A stretch of DNA of 64,000 nucleotides from an uncultured Planctomycetota bacterium (GCA_963737655.1 CAVTTN010000002.1:1632001-1696000); one strand, 5' to 3'; positions 1 to 10,830 are shown, numbered from the stretch's first letter. Notes: generated by a model from the letters alone, not told the origin. A program made the numbers and translations.

Positions 1-1
1 C

Positions 2-766
2 GAGAAGGAGCTGGGCCGGGCCTACGGCCTGAAGGGCGCGCCCCGGGCCGTGGGCAAGACCTGGGTCGATACGCTGGTGGACACGCTGAACTCGCCGTGG
101 ATGAGCGGCATCCTGCTGTTCGTCGGGCTGTTCATGCTGATCCTGGAGCTGAAGCTCCCGGGCGTGGGGCTGCCGGCGATCATCTCGGTCCTGGCCTTCC
201 TCCTGTTCTTCTGGAGCCACTACCTGGGCGGGACGGCCGACAAGCTGGAGATCCTCCTGTTCCTCGTCGGGTTCGTCTGCCTGGCGCTGGAGCTGTTCGT
301 CTTCCCCGGGTTCGCGGTGTTCGGGATCTCGGGCATCCTGCTGATCCTGGTCAGCGTGATCATGGCCAGCCACACGTTCGTCTGGCCCACGCAGGACTAC
401 GAATACCGCCAGATGGGCAACACGCTGTTGCAGGTCACCGGGGCGATTGTGACGGTGGCCGTCGGCGCCACGGTCCTGGGCAAGTACTTCCCCAAGCTCC
501 CGCTGTTCCGCCGGATGATCCTGGAGCCCCAGCCGTACCACGGGATCGACGACCTGACCGGCAAGCCCGGCCCGGACAGCGACGCCGGCCTGTTCTTCCT
601 CCTCGGGGAGGTCGGCCGGACCACCACGGCCCTGAAGCCCACCGGCAAGGCCCGGTTCGGCGAGCTCCTCGTGGACGTCACGGCCGACGGCTTCTACATC
701 GAGCCGGATTCCGCCGTGGAGGTCGTGGAGGTCCGCGGCTCCCGGGTGATCGTCAAGAGGGCGTAA
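2..766 (+). CDS. NfeD-family membrane protein, C-terminal part (5' end outside window)
   Basis: Hydrophobic helices with LELKLPGVG/ELFVFPGFAVFG motifs, then an OB-fold-like tail (GEVGRTTTALKPTGKARFG...DVTADG..IE..SAVEVVEVRGSRVIV); frame open from base 2. Confidence 0.8.
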   Translation, partial: EKELGRAYGLKGAPRAVGKTWVDTLVDTLNSPWMSGILLFVGLFMLILELKLPGVGLPAIISVLAFLLFFWSHYLGGTADKLEILLFLVGFVCLALELFVFPGFAVFGISGILLILVSVIMASHTFVWPTQDYEYRQMGNTLLQVTGAIVTVAVGATVLGKYFPKLPLFRRMILEPQPYHGIDDLTGKPGPDSDAGLFFLLGEVGRTTTALKPTGKARFGELLVDVTADGFYIEPDSAVEVVEVRGSRVIVKRA

Positions 767-814
767 AGGCCGCCACGGTGCTCTGTAGAAAACCCCTTCG
801 AAGCATCGATGCGA

Positions 815-882
815 GTAGGTCCGACTTCAGTCGGGCCTACGAAACAAGGCGCTTCTGTAGGCCCGACTGAAGTCGGACCTAC
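815..882. repeat. Inverted pair of GTAG-type REP-like palindromes
   Basis: GTAGGTCCGACTTCAGTCGGGCCTAC (815-840) and its exact reverse complement (857-882). Confidence 0.75.
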
Positions 883-1132
883 TCGTTTCCTCATTCTCAA
901 TGGGGCTTGCTACAGAGTACCGCCACGGCCATTCCCTTCTCGTCTGGCCGGGGAAACGGGGCCTCTCCCCGTCCGGCGCGAAAAGAAACGCCTCTGTCGG
1001 TAGCAGGCCGCGATTCCGTGGGCGGGGCGCCCAAGCGGAGATTAGAATGAAGGGCCGACGGGTCGTCTTGACTCGAATCGGCCCCAGTCCGGCCCAGCCC
1101 GGCCCTTTCGCGAACCCTGAGCGCCCCTTCCC

Positions 1133-2113
1133 ATGCGCGTCCTGTCCGGAATCCAGCCCTCGGGCGCCCTGCACATCGGCAACTACTTCGGCGCGATCCG
1201 CCAGTACATCGCCCTCCAGGAGGGGAACGAGGCGTTCTATTTCGTCGCCGATTATCACGCGCTGACCAGCGTCCGCGATCCCGAGAGGCTGTCGAAGTAC
1301 GTCTTCGACGTGATCGCCGACCTGCTCGCGCTGGGCCTCGACCCCCGGCGCACCACCCTGTTCGTCCAGTCCGACGTCCCCGAGACCACGGAGCTGGCGT
1401 GGCTGCTGACGACCGTCACGCCGATGGGGTGGCTGGAGAAGTGCGTGAGCTACAAGGACAAGGTCCAGCAGGGCCTCCCCGCCGACCACGGCCTCTTCGC
1501 CTACCCGATCCTCCAGGCCGCCGACATCCTCCTCTATGACGCCGACGTCGTCCCCGTCGGCCAGGACCAGAAGCAGCACCTGGAGATCACCCGGGACGTG
1601 GCCGAGCGGTTCAATCACGTCTATGGAGACGTCTTCAAGCTCCCGAAGCCGCACATCCTCGAATCCGTGGCCGTCGTCCCGGGGATCGATGGCCGGAAGA
1701 TGAGCAAGAGTTACGACAACACGATCGAGATCTTCGACGACCCGAAGACGATCCTCAAGAAGTGCAAGAAGATCGTGACGGACAGCACGCCCGTCGAGGC
1801 GCCGAAGGACCCGGACCGGGACAACCTGTTCCAACTGTTCAAGCTGTTCGCCGGGGCGGACGAGGTCGCGGAGTTCGATCGGCGATACCGCGAGGGGGGC
1901 ATCGGCTACGGGGAGGTCAAGGTCCGGTTGGCGGCCCTGATCGCCGAGTTCTTCGCCCCGGCCCGGGAGCGCCGGGCGGCGCTGGTCGCCGATCCCAGGG
2001 AGGTGGCCGAGGTCCGGGCGGAGGCGGCGGAGAGGGCGAAGACGGCGGCCCGGGTCGTCCTGGACCGGGCCCGGGGGGCGTGCGGGCTGGGTCGGAAGGG
2101 GTTTTCCTCATGA
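1133..2113 (+). CDS. trpS: Tryptophan--tRNA ligase
   Basis: SGIQPSGALHIGNY (HIGH), YPILQAADIL, VPVGQDQKQHLE, KMSKS motifs. Confidence 0.97.
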   Translation: MRVLSGIQPSGALHIGNYFGAIRQYIALQEGNEAFYFVADYHALTSVRDPERLSKYVFDVIADLLALGLDPRRTTLFVQSDVPETTELAWLLTTVTPMGWLEKCVSYKDKVQQGLPADHGLFAYPILQAADILLYDADVVPVGQDQKQHLEITRDVAERFNHVYGDVFKLPKPHILESVAVVPGIDGRKMSKSYDNTIEIFDDPKTILKKCKKIVTDSTPVEAPKDPDRDNLFQLFKLFAGADEVAEFDRRYREGGIGYGEVKVRLAALIAEFFAPARERRAALVADPREVAEVRAEAAERAKTAARVVLDRARGACGLGRKGFSS

Positions 2114-2901
2114 AGTTGAGCGTGCATTCGTCGGCGGCGTATGACCTGCCGGCCGAGACGTTCTTGCTGATGATGGTCGAGCCGTCGCTGACGGGCCCGG
2201 GGCATCGCGTCCTGGACGAGCGCCTGGTCACGACCCCGACGTCGTTCTCCGAGCTCTGGACCGACGACTTCGGCAACCCGTGCCGTCGCCTGGTCGCGCC
2301 GGCCGGGCCGTTCTCGTTCGAGTTCCTGGCGACGATCGAGGCCGACGAGAACCTGGCGCTGCCGCTCGACGCCATCGAGCACGAGCCCCGGGCGATCCCG
2401 GCCGAGGTCATGGTCTATACGTTGCCGTCCCGCTATTGCCAGAGCGATCGGCTCGTGAGGCTGGCGCAGACGGAGTTCGGCGACCTCCAGCCGGGAGGGA
2501 CGCGGGTGGCGGCGATCGCGAAGTGGATTCGCGAGCACGTCGAGTATCGCTACGGGACGACCAACTCCTCGACCTCGGCGGCCGACACGGCGATCGAGAG
2601 GGTGGGGGTCTGCCGGGACTTCGCCCACCTCCTGATCGCCCTGAGCCGGGCCCTGGGCATCCCGTCGCGATACGTCTCGGGCTACGCCCTGGGCCTGGAC
2701 CCGCCGGACTTCCACGGGTTCGCGCAGGTGTATCTGGGCGGCGCCTGGAGGAACGTGGACGCGACCACGGAGGAGGTCCGGCCCGCCCTGGTGCCGATCG
2801 CCGTGGGGCGGGACGCGGCGGACGTGGCGATGACCACGTTCTGGGGCGTCGGCCACCTGAGGCACCAGGCGGTGAAGGTCGAGGCCATGTCCGGGGGATG
2901 A
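2110..2901 (+). CDS. Transglutaminase-like family protein
   Basis: GVCRDFAHL, RYVSGY, DFHGFAQV, WRNVDAT motifs; ATG overlaps trpS stop. Confidence 0.88.
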   Translation: MKLSVHSSAAYDLPAETFLLMMVEPSLTGPGHRVLDERLVTTPTSFSELWTDDFGNPCRRLVAPAGPFSFEFLATIEADENLALPLDAIEHEPRAIPAEVMVYTLPSRYCQSDRLVRLAQTEFGDLQPGGTRVAAIAKWIREHVEYRYGTTNSSTSAADTAIERVGVCRDFAHLLIALSRALGIPSRYVSGYALGLDPPDFHGFAQVYLGGAWRNVDATTEEVRPALVPIAVGRDAADVAMTTFWGVGHLRHQAVKVEAMSGG

Positions 2902-2974
2902 ACGGCCCCGATCGGCATTGACCGGCCCGGCCCCGGGGCGTAAGGTGCCTCGTCCCGAGAGGGAGGGGGTGTGC

Positions 2975-3832
2975 ATGCGCCGACGGGCCGTGATCGCCGG
3001 GAGCCTGGCGGGCCTGGCCACCGGCTGCGCGGTGCTCGTCCATCGGCCCCCGCCGATGTCGCCGGAGAAGGCCGAGGCGATCCAGGCGGCGAGCCGGGAG
3101 GCGCAGGCGGCCTTCGACCGCAAGGATTGGCCGCGGGCCCAGGCCGAGCTCGAACGCCTGGTCTTCGAGGCCCCCACCTCGGCCGAGGCCCATCGCCGGC
3201 TGGGCCGCACGCTGCTGATCCAGGGCCGGCGGCTGGAGGCCGAGACCGAGTTCCGCAAGGCCCTGGTCCTCGCCCCGGACGACGGCGACGCCCTGATCGG
3301 CCTGGGCGAGACCCAGGCCCAGAGCGGGCACCTGGTCGAGGCCCTCCGCCATCTGGACCAGGCCATTGACCTGGTCCCGCCTCAGCCCGAGGCCCACCTG
3401 GCCCGGGGACGCGTCCTGGAAGCCCTGGGCCGGCCCGACGAGGCCCTCGCCGCCTATTTCCGGGCCCTGGAATCCGACCCCGCCTCGGCCCCCTCGCTCG
3501 TCCGGGCCGCCGCGATCCAGCTCGACCAGGGCCACGCCGACCAGGCCCTGGCCCGCCTGGAGAGGGCCGTCGAGATCGGGCCGGACGACCCCGAGGCCCG
3601 CCTGCTTCGGGGTCGCGCCCACCTCGCCCTGAAGCACGTGGGACCGGCCGTCGAGGACTTCCGGTTCGCCTCGCAACATCTCCCGAACCGCCCCGACGCC
3701 TATTATCAGCTCGCCCTGGGCCTGGCCGCCGCCCAGAAGAGGGACGAGGCCCGGCTCGCCGCCGACAAGGCCGCCGGCCTCGCCCCGGAATGGGCCGAGG
3801 CCCGCGACCTGGCGACTCGCCTCCGACGATGA
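2975..3832 (+). CDS. TPR-repeat protein, probable lipoprotein
   Basis: Repeated TPR-like helices (AEAHRRLG, EAHLARGRVLEALGRPDEAL); N-terminal LATGC lipobox-like motif. Confidence 0.8.
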   Translation: MRRRAVIAGSLAGLATGCAVLVHRPPPMSPEKAEAIQAASREAQAAFDRKDWPRAQAELERLVFEAPTSAEAHRRLGRTLLIQGRRLEAETEFRKALVLAPDDGDALIGLGETQAQSGHLVEALRHLDQAIDLVPPQPEAHLARGRVLEALGRPDEALAAYFRALESDPASAPSLVRAAAIQLDQGHADQALARLERAVEIGPDDPEARLLRGRAHLALKHVGPAVEDFRFASQHLPNRPDAYYQLALGLAAAQKRDEARLAADKAAGLAPEWAEARDLATRLRR

Positions 3833-3845
3833 CTCACCCATCCTT

Positions 3846-3880
3846 GGGTGGAATGTTTACGGAGACGTAAGCATGCCACA
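3846..3880. repeat. Degenerate REP-like palindrome (CATGCTTACG..CGTAAGCATG family)
   Basis: ATGTTTACGGAGACGTAAGCATGCCAC between convergent genes; related to 7431-7518. Confidence 0.55.
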
Positions 3881-3905
3881 CGGACAAAAAAGCGCCGCTT
3901 CCGGG

Positions 3906-5855
3906 TCACGGGGCGGACGGCGGCTCCGCTCGATCGTTCCCCTGGAATCGCTCCAGGAGGTCGCGGAACGGCGAGAGATCGGCGTTCTTGGCGAGGTCCG
4001 TGGCCTCGGCTTGGTCTCCGGCGTCGTAAAGCTCCTCGGCGCCGATGGGGTCTCGGTGGTAGATCTGTCCGTGATCGAGGATGGCGATCCGGTAGCTTTC
4101 CGACGGCTTCAGGCCGTGGGCGCGGATCTGTTCGGCCGTGAGCTTCAGCTCCGAGATGGGCGGTTCGGGCGGGCCGGAGGCGGGGCCCGACGGGTCCCAG
4201 AAGCGACGCAACGAGCGTCCGGGGAACGGCCAGGCCCAGGCCGGGCCGGCCAGGTCGGCGATCGTGGCGGCGAGGTCTCGCGTGCTGACCGGCTCGGCCA
4301 CCCGCCGGCCGGAGGTCCCTCCCGGTGGGACGATCAGCAGGGGCACATTGACCTGTTCCCGATACAACGTGTTGCCGTGCCAGTACTTGCCGTGCTCGCC
4401 GAAATGCTCCCCGTGGTCGGCCGAGATCACGATCCAGGTATTCCGCCCGACCCCTCGGCGGTCGAGCTCGGCCAGGAGGCGGGCGATCTGCTCGTCGATG
4501 TAGCGGAGGCAATCGTCGTAGGCGTCGATCCCCTCACGGGCCATCTCCGTGAGCGACGCCTGGCGCTCGGACTCGCCCAGGCGGAGGTCATTCCCCTTGC
4601 GACGGGCCGCCGCGAAGATTTCGCGGAGCCGGGGGGTGGGCAGTTTGGTGAACGTCCGGGGGAACTCCTCGGGGATGATGTACGGGCCGTGGGCGTCGAT
4701 ATAGTTGAGGAACAGGAAGAACGGCCGATCTCCGGGCGAGCCGTCGAGCCAGGCCAGGGCGTCCTGGTTGACCTTCTCGGCCGGCTTGTGGGTCGGGTAT
4801 TGCCCGGTCGTCGGCCAGATCCCGAATCGGACGGCCACGGGCATCAGCATCCGGGTCAAGGCGGCGCATCGGAGCGTCTGCTGGACCGAGAGGTCGCGGT
4901 TCTCGGGGGCGTCCTCGTAGCGGGAGAAGCCGCGATCGACGCCGAACCAGCCGTTGCAATAGAAATCGTTCCCCACGAACCCGCCGGTGCGATACCCCCG
5001 GGCGGAGAACGATTCGGCCAGGGTCGGGAATTCGCCGTCGAGAGGCCGGTCATAGTCCACCGAAAGCTCGTGAGGCCATCGTCCGGTGAACATCGAGGCA
5101 TGGGCCGGGAGGGTCCAGGGCGCGGGGGACCGGGCCCCGTCGAAGACGATCGACCGAGCCGCCAGGTCGGCCAGGTGGGGCGTGGTCGGCCGAGAATAGC
5201 CGTAGAGGCTCAGATGATCGGCCCGGACGGTGTCCAGGACGAGCAAGACCACGTTCGGCGCCCCGGACGGGGCCGGCGGCAATGCGGCCAGGGCCTGTCT
5301 CTCGGCGGAGAAGTCGCGGACCAGGCCGATGCCGACGACCAGGGCCGTGGCCAGCCCGAGGGGTGCCAGCGTCCGCCTCGAAATCGCGCCTCGGAACCTC
5401 CGCCACCGGGGCGTGAGCCTTGCCGAGAGGCCCACGGTCATCGCCAGGCCGCTCCACCAGTGCAGCTCCTCCAGCGCCAGCAGGGGCGAGGCCACGGCGA
5501 GGAACAGGCCCAGGCCCGTGATGGCCAAATCGCTCCTTCGGCCTCGGAGGCCCGCCCACCGCATCGCCGCGGCCACCGCGAGCCATCCGGCGAAGATCGC
5601 CAGGTGCGCCAGCATCCCCAGGGCCACGTGATGGCGGCTGATCGAGACGGTGATCCGGGTGACCGTCCCCACGAAGGCGCCGTGGGCCAGGACCACTCCG
5701 GTCTCCAGCCATCCGCCGAGGAGGCCCAGGGCCAACGCCTCGGCCGCCCGGGTCCGCAGGCCCGGCGGGATCGGCTCGGGCGTCTCGACGGGCCGAGTCT
5801 GGCGGAACGCTCGATGAAGGACGTTTTTCGTGCGAAGATCGGTCGTGGCATCCAT
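3906..5855 (-). CDS. Sulfatase-family protein with N-terminal membrane region
   Basis: PNVVLLVLDTVRADHL, SPAPWTLPAHASMFTG, ISADHGE, HGNTLY..QVNVPL. Confidence 0.9.
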   Translation of the reverse strand: MDATTDLRTKNVLHRAFRQTRPVETPEPIPPGLRTRAAEALALGLLGGWLETGVVLAHGAFVGTVTRITVSISRHHVALGMLAHLAIFAGWLAVAAAMRWAGLRGRRSDLAITGLGLFLAVASPLLALEELHWWSGLAMTVGLSARLTPRWRRFRGAISRRTLAPLGLATALVVGIGLVRDFSAERQALAALPPAPSGAPNVVLLVLDTVRADHLSLYGYSRPTTPHLADLAARSIVFDGARSPAPWTLPAHASMFTGRWPHELSVDYDRPLDGEFPTLAESFSARGYRTGGFVGNDFYCNGWFGVDRGFSRYEDAPENRDLSVQQTLRCAALTRMLMPVAVRFGIWPTTGQYPTHKPAEKVNQDALAWLDGSPGDRPFFLFLNYIDAHGPYIIPEEFPRTFTKLPTPRLREIFAAARRKGNDLRLGESERQASLTEMAREGIDAYDDCLRYIDEQIARLLAELDRRGVGRNTWIVISADHGEHFGEHGKYWHGNTLYREQVNVPLLIVPPGGTSGRRVAEPVSTRDLAATIADLAGPAWAWPFPGRSLRRFWDPSGPASGPPEPPISELKLTAEQIRAHGLKPSESYRIAILDHGQIYHRDPIGAEELYDAGDQAEATDLAKNADLSPFRDLLERFQGNDRAEPPSAP

Positions 5856-6009
5856 GCCAGGATCCTCCGGGGGGGTGAGAGGATGATGAAGTCGTGTTAT
5901 CGGTGTTCCTTCGCCTCCTCATGGAGCGATTTCGACGACGATCTTGAACGAAGATTCCCGAGGAAATGCCGAAACACCGAGGGATGAGGGGGCGGCCCGC
6001 CGCCCTCGG

Positions 6010-7383
6010 ATGTCTCCCCAGAACGGTTCGGAGCCTTCCATGCCGTCCCGGTCCGCCGCCGTCGATTTCGAGCAGGCCGTCTACGGCAGCTTCGCCTTCT
6101 GGGACCGTGGTTATGCGGTCCTGGCGAGCTCGCCGGGGTGCCTCCCCGGGTGGTTGTCGGCGTTCCAGAAGGCTTGCCAGGGGTTCGGCGAGCCGCCGCC
6201 CGGGACCAACGGGTTCGGCCGGGCGATGGTCTCGCTCCGGCTGGAGGATTCGGGGCCCTGGGCGATCGTCGGCGTGGAGGTCGCCGGTTCGGACGACCGA
6301 GGCCGGCCCGGGGCGTTGGCGTTCCACGCCCTTTTCGTCGAGATGGCCGAATTTCGCAAGGTCGGCTTCGACCCCTTCCGCCTCTCCGGCGCCCTGAAGG
6401 GGGGCTGGACGCCGGAAACGACGGCCCTGCCCGCCGGATCGTGGCCGGTCTCTGAGATAGCGGCCCCGATCCCACCCGATCTGGCGATCGAAAGCCGCCG
6501 GATCGCCGAGAGACTCGCCGGAGGCAGGAGGGTCGCCCTGGAATCGGCGGAGCCGATCGACGACCTCGCCCGAGCCGTCTGGAACGAGCTGCCCGAACGG
6601 GTCCGCAAGAGGGCCCGGGTCGCGACCCTGGCGTTCTCCACGTCCCATCGGTTCGACCTGGTCGCCGTCCCGAGGCTCTCGGCCTTCGAGTGGGACGCCT
6701 CGTATGCCGATCCGCCCGAAAAGCCGCCGAAACGGCGGAGTTGGCCGATTCGAGGGATCATCGCGGCGGCCGTCGGGATCGCGGTGATCCTGGCCTTCGG
6801 GATCGGGCTCCGCGATTTCCTCGCGAGGAGGGCCGAGACGCCTCTGGCCGTCGCCTCGGGGCCGCCCGAAGTCCGTGCCGGTGCGCCGGATCGGTCGTCT
6901 TACGACGATCCGCCGATCGACCCCGACGAGCGCCAAGGCGTCCTCCGGGGACTCGACGAGATGGCCCAGAAATTCGGAGTGAGCGTCCCGGACGGGTCCG
7001 GCCCGACGGCCCGGATGGTCGCCCTGAGCGCCCATCTCCGCTATCGAGGCCCCTTGCTCAGCGAGGCCGACCGCTCCCGGCTCGCCTCGGAGAGCGGCCC
7101 GGGGCGGTCCCGGGCCCTGGACTGGGACGCCCAGATCCGCCATTTCCTGCCCGATCGGCCGTTGCCCCCGGACTTCGCCCGGGGGCCGCTGCGATGGCAG
7201 CTCGACACGCTGGGCTGGTCGTTCCGGGTCGAGCCCGACCCTCGAAAGACCCTCGGAGAAATCCCCCGGGCCCTGGCCGACGCCCTCTCGCTGGACGAGC
7301 CGATCCGCCCCAACCCCCTGGCCGCTCGCTACCCGCCGTTGAGCGACTATGCCGCCTTCCTGGCGAAGCTGCCGAGGCGATGA
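6010..7383 (+). CDS. Membrane-anchored protein with GAP1-N2-like N-terminal domain (tentative)
   Basis: EQAVYGSF..GY.VLASSPG and GSDDRGRPGALAFHAL resemble GAP1-N2 motifs from memory; one TM segment (IIAAAVGIAVILAFGIGL); start codon uncertain. Confidence 0.5.
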   Translation: MSPQNGSEPSMPSRSAAVDFEQAVYGSFAFWDRGYAVLASSPGCLPGWLSAFQKACQGFGEPPPGTNGFGRAMVSLRLEDSGPWAIVGVEVAGSDDRGRPGALAFHALFVEMAEFRKVGFDPFRLSGALKGGWTPETTALPAGSWPVSEIAAPIPPDLAIESRRIAERLAGGRRVALESAEPIDDLARAVWNELPERVRKRARVATLAFSTSHRFDLVAVPRLSAFEWDASYADPPEKPPKRRSWPIRGIIAAAVGIAVILAFGIGLRDFLARRAETPLAVASGPPEVRAGAPDRSSYDDPPIDPDERQGVLRGLDEMAQKFGVSVPDGSGPTARMVALSAHLRYRGPLLSEADRSRLASESGPGRSRALDWDAQIRHFLPDRPLPPDFARGPLRWQLDTLGWSFRVEPDPRKTLGEIPRALADALSLDEPIRPNPLAARYPPLSDYAAFLAKLPRR

Positions 7384-7430
7384 GGATTCCTTGACCCGTA
7401 AAACACTTCGGACCATGACGCCGTTCACGT

Positions 7431-7518
7431 CGGGTGGCATGCTTACGTCTGCGTAAGCATGTCTTCGGTTCCAACCTGACTGAAGGCATGCTTACGCAGA
7501 CGTAAGCATGCCACCCGA
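7431..7518. repeat. Inverted pair of REP-like palindromes
   Basis: CGGGTGGCATGCTTACGTCTGCGTAAGCATG ... CATGCTTACGCAGACGTAAGCATGCCACCCG. Confidence 0.75.
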
Positions 7519-7530
7519 GACGATCACAAA

Positions 7531-7605
7531 GAGGATCGAAACGCAGATTACGCAGATTGGAATTCCTGATATTCCTAATCTGGGTAATCTGCGTTTCGAT
7601 CCTCT
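7531..7605. repeat. Long intergenic inverted repeat
   Basis: GAGGATCGAAACGCAGATTACGCAGATT ... AATCTGGGTAATCTGCGTTTCGATCCTC. Confidence 0.7.
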
Positions 7606-7609
7606 TCGA

Positions 7610-9492
7610 TCACGGCTGGGTCGGTCCGGCGACCTTGCCGGTCTTGGCGTCGAAGTCGGCCCATCGGCCGGTCCTGGCGCTGAAGACGTAGAGGTGGTCG
7701 TTGTGCTCGACCACGGCGCGATTCGACCAGACGGTGGGCTGGACTTTCGCTCCGGCTTCGAGGTCCAGCGTGTCCCACCTCTGCGCCGGGCGCTGAAGGC
7801 GTAGACGTGGTTGTCGACGGTGAACACGGCCAGACCCTGGCTGACGACCGGGGCGGCGCGACCCTTGGCCGGCTCCTTCAGGTCCAGCCCGACCCATCGG
7901 CCGGTCCGGGGGACGAAGGCGGCGAGGCCGGGGATCGTCTCCCCTTCGGCCATCAGCGTGACGACCTGGCCGCTGGCAATCGGCGTGACCTTGACCCCCT
8001 TGGGCACGTCGTAGGAGACCCAATCGCCGGTCTCGGTGCTGTAGGCCGAGACCTTCCCGGTGTCGGGCCGGGCGACGATGATGTAGTCCTCATTCTGGAG
8101 GGTGGCCAGGGACGAGCGTCCGCCGGCCCGCGCGCCGCCCATCATCCCGCCCATTCCGCCACCTCCCATGCCTCCCATGCCTCCCATGCCTCCCGTGCCG
8201 CCCATGCGACCGCCGAATCCGCCATCGAACGGCGCCTCGGCCCTCGCCAAACCTCCGAGGCCGCCCCGGGCGGGGCTGACGGGAGTTCCGCCGGCCGGCA
8301 TCGCGGCGACGCCAGGGTTGAAGGGCACCGCCGGGGGGGCCGGGGGCGCGGCCGGGGCTGCGGGGGCGGCAAGGGCGGCGCCTGGAGGCGACGTGGACGG
8401 CCTCAAGCTGGCCGCACCCTGGATCTCCACACCTCTGCGGAGGTTATCGCGCTCGGCCTCGACCTTCGCCAGCTTGGCCTGAAGCGCCTTGATCTGGGCC
8501 TCGAAATCCTTGGTCTGCTCGCGGAGCTTGGCCAGGGTCTGGTCGATCGCGTCCTGATCCTTCGCGGCCGGTTCCTGATTCGGGCCGGTGGCGGCGAACT
8601 GGCGGGCCGTGGCGCCTCCGACTCCGATCGTCAGAACGGCCGTCGCTACGAGGGCTCCGAGGAGCTTCATCTTGCCGAGGAACATGGTCGTCGAGACTCC
8701 GTCCGCCAGCGAGGCGGCGCCGGCCGGGACCATCCCGGCGAGCGTCGCCCCGGCGCCTCCGGCCGCGAAGGCGATCGCGGCCGAGACCGTGGCATCGAGC
8801 AAGGGGCGGGCGACGATCATCGCCGAGGCGTCGGCGGCCAGGACCGAGGCGATCGCCCCGGCCGCGACCGCGACCCCTCGGCGCCCGAGGCGGCCCTGGA
8901 GCCGCTCCCGGGCCGAGGCCAGACGGCTCCGGACCGTGCCCACCGGGCACTTCAGCCGGAGCGCCGCCTCGTCGTGGGTCTTCCCTTCGAGGTAGCAGAG
9001 GACCACCGGCAGCCGGAACTTCTCGGGCAGGCGGGCGATTTCCTCGTCGATCACGGCCCGGAGCTCGGCCCGGGCCACGAAATCGTCGCCGGCCGCCGAC
9101 GCGCCCATGATCGCCTCCTCCGCCTCGACTCCGGGCCTCTCCTTCGAGAGCCTCCGGGCCGAGTTCGCCCGACTCCGGACCGCCACCCGATGCGCCACCC
9201 CGTGGAGCCACGGCCCGAGCAGATCCGGGTCGCGGATCGTCCCGGCCTTGCGGACCAAAACGAGGAAGACGGCCTGGAAGGCGTCCTCCACGTCCGGCCC
9301 GGGGCCGAGGACTCGCCGGCAGACCCCCAGGACCATCGGCCCGTGACGGGCGACGAGGCCCTCCATCGCCGCCGGGTCGCGCCGGGACGCGAACCGACGG
9401 AGGAGCTCCCCGTCTCCCAATCCGGCCGCGCTGCCCGAATCGAACAGGCGGCCCATCTCCCGGACGGCGGCCCCGATCGGCCCAATCGCCAT
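7610..9492 (-). CDS. ECF-type sigma-70 factor with long C-terminal extension (frameshift near 7790)
   Basis: DGELLRRF, LVARHGPMVLGVCRRVL, DVEDAFQAVFLVL, LPEKFRLPVVLCYLEGKTHDEAA...GTVRSRL; TM segment, coiled coil, Gly/Met-rich linker and AYS/AFS-W repeats that continue in another frame. Confidence 0.88.
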
Positions 9493-9715
9493 GACGTCGC
9501 CCCTCTCACTCATGCCCGCCGGGTCGGGCCGAACTGGACCCGACCGGCGTCCGGTCTCCCCCAGGTCTGCGGGGAGCGGGCGGATCAATCGGACTTTTTT
9601 CCGGAATTCAGGGTAACCGCCAGGACGTCCAGGGGCACCAGGGAATCTTTTCGGCGTCGATCCGTTGTTCCGGAAGGAGAATCCGAGGGGGCCAGCTCTC
9701 GAACCTGGAGTTTTT

Positions 9716-9838
9716 CGGGTGCCCCCGGTTCTCGAACCGGGGCGGCGGAGCCGCAAGAGGCCCGAGTCTCGGTCGGGACGTGATCGATAGAACCTCGTTG
9801 TCGCTTCGCGACCCCGGTTCGAGAACCGGGGGCACCCC
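9716..9838. repeat. Inverted pair of REP-like palindromes
   Basis: GGGTGCCCCCGGTTCTCGAACCGGGG ... CCCCGGTTCGAGAACCGGGGGCACCC. Confidence 0.7.
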
Positions 9839-10044
9839 AGAAGATCCGGATTCTGGAACGACACCCGAATCCGAGGCCCCCTCCCGCCCCGGTGGAGAGG
9901 GGGGAAACGCCTCCCATTACGCCCATCGCCTCGGCCCGGGCTCGTCGATCCGTCCTCATTGCCCCGAGGCTTCGGAGGCGCTAGGATGGGGCCTCGCGCC
10001 TCGGTTGCTTCGCCGAGGCCGCCCCTCTCCGGGAGGAATCCGCC

Positions 10045-10830
10045 GTGAAACGACTCGCCCTGGCCGTGTCCGCCGTCGTCCTGGCTTCCGTCTCGACCGT
10101 CCTGGCCGACGACCCCCCTCGGCCGATCAAGCTCCTGATCATCACGGGAGATAATGTCGGGGCCCACGACTGGAAGTCCACCACGCAGGCCCTCCGCGAC
10201 TTCCTCTCGGCCCAGGGCCGGGTGAGCGTCGAGGCCACCTCGACCGCCTCGAAGGACCTGACCGACGAGAACCTCGCGAAGTACGACGCCCTGTTGCTGA
10301 ACTATCGCGACACCGACCAGGGACCGCCCGAGAGCCGGTGGTCCGAGGCCAACAAGGCCGCCTTCTTGAAGGCCGTGAAGGGGGGCAAGGGCCTGGTCGT
10401 GATCCATTACTCGTCGGCCGCCTTCACCAAGCCGAACTGGGACGAGTTCGAGAAGGCCACCGCCGGGGGGTGGAGGTCCCAGGGCTTCCACGGCCCGGCC
10501 CACGTCTTCACCGTCAAGACGACCGACGCCAAGCACCCGATCTCCGAGGGGATGCCGTCGTCGTTCACTCACGCGAAGGACGAGTTGTATCAGAACTCGG
10601 TGATGGTGCCCGGCAGCATCGTCCTGGCCACGGCCTATTCCGACCCCAAGCTCCCCAGGGGCACCGGCAAGGACGAGGCCGCGGTGTGGGTGAACCAGTA
10701 CGGCGAGGGCCGGGTCTTCAACACGGTGCTGGGCCACGACGCCGCCGCCCTGAATGACCCGAACGTCCAGGCGTGGATCAAGCGAGGCGTGGAGTGGGCG
10801 GCGACCGGGAAGGTCTCGACGTCTCCTTGA
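10045..10830 (+). CDS. Secreted ThuA-like (class I glutamine amidotransferase-like) domain protein
   Basis: Signal peptide; HDW, GGKGLVVIH, HPI, DELY, YGEGRVFNTVLGHD motifs. Confidence 0.88.
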   Translation: MKRLALAVSAVVLASVSTVLADDPPRPIKLLIITGDNVGAHDWKSTTQALRDFLSAQGRVSVEATSTASKDLTDENLAKYDALLLNYRDTDQGPPESRWSEANKAAFLKAVKGGKGLVVIHYSSAAFTKPNWDEFEKATAGGWRSQGFHGPAHVFTVKTTDAKHPISEGMPSSFTHAKDELYQNSVMVPGSIVLATAYSDPKLPRGTGKDEAAVWVNQYGEGRVFNTVLGHDAAALNDPNVQAWIKRGVEWAATGKVSTSP

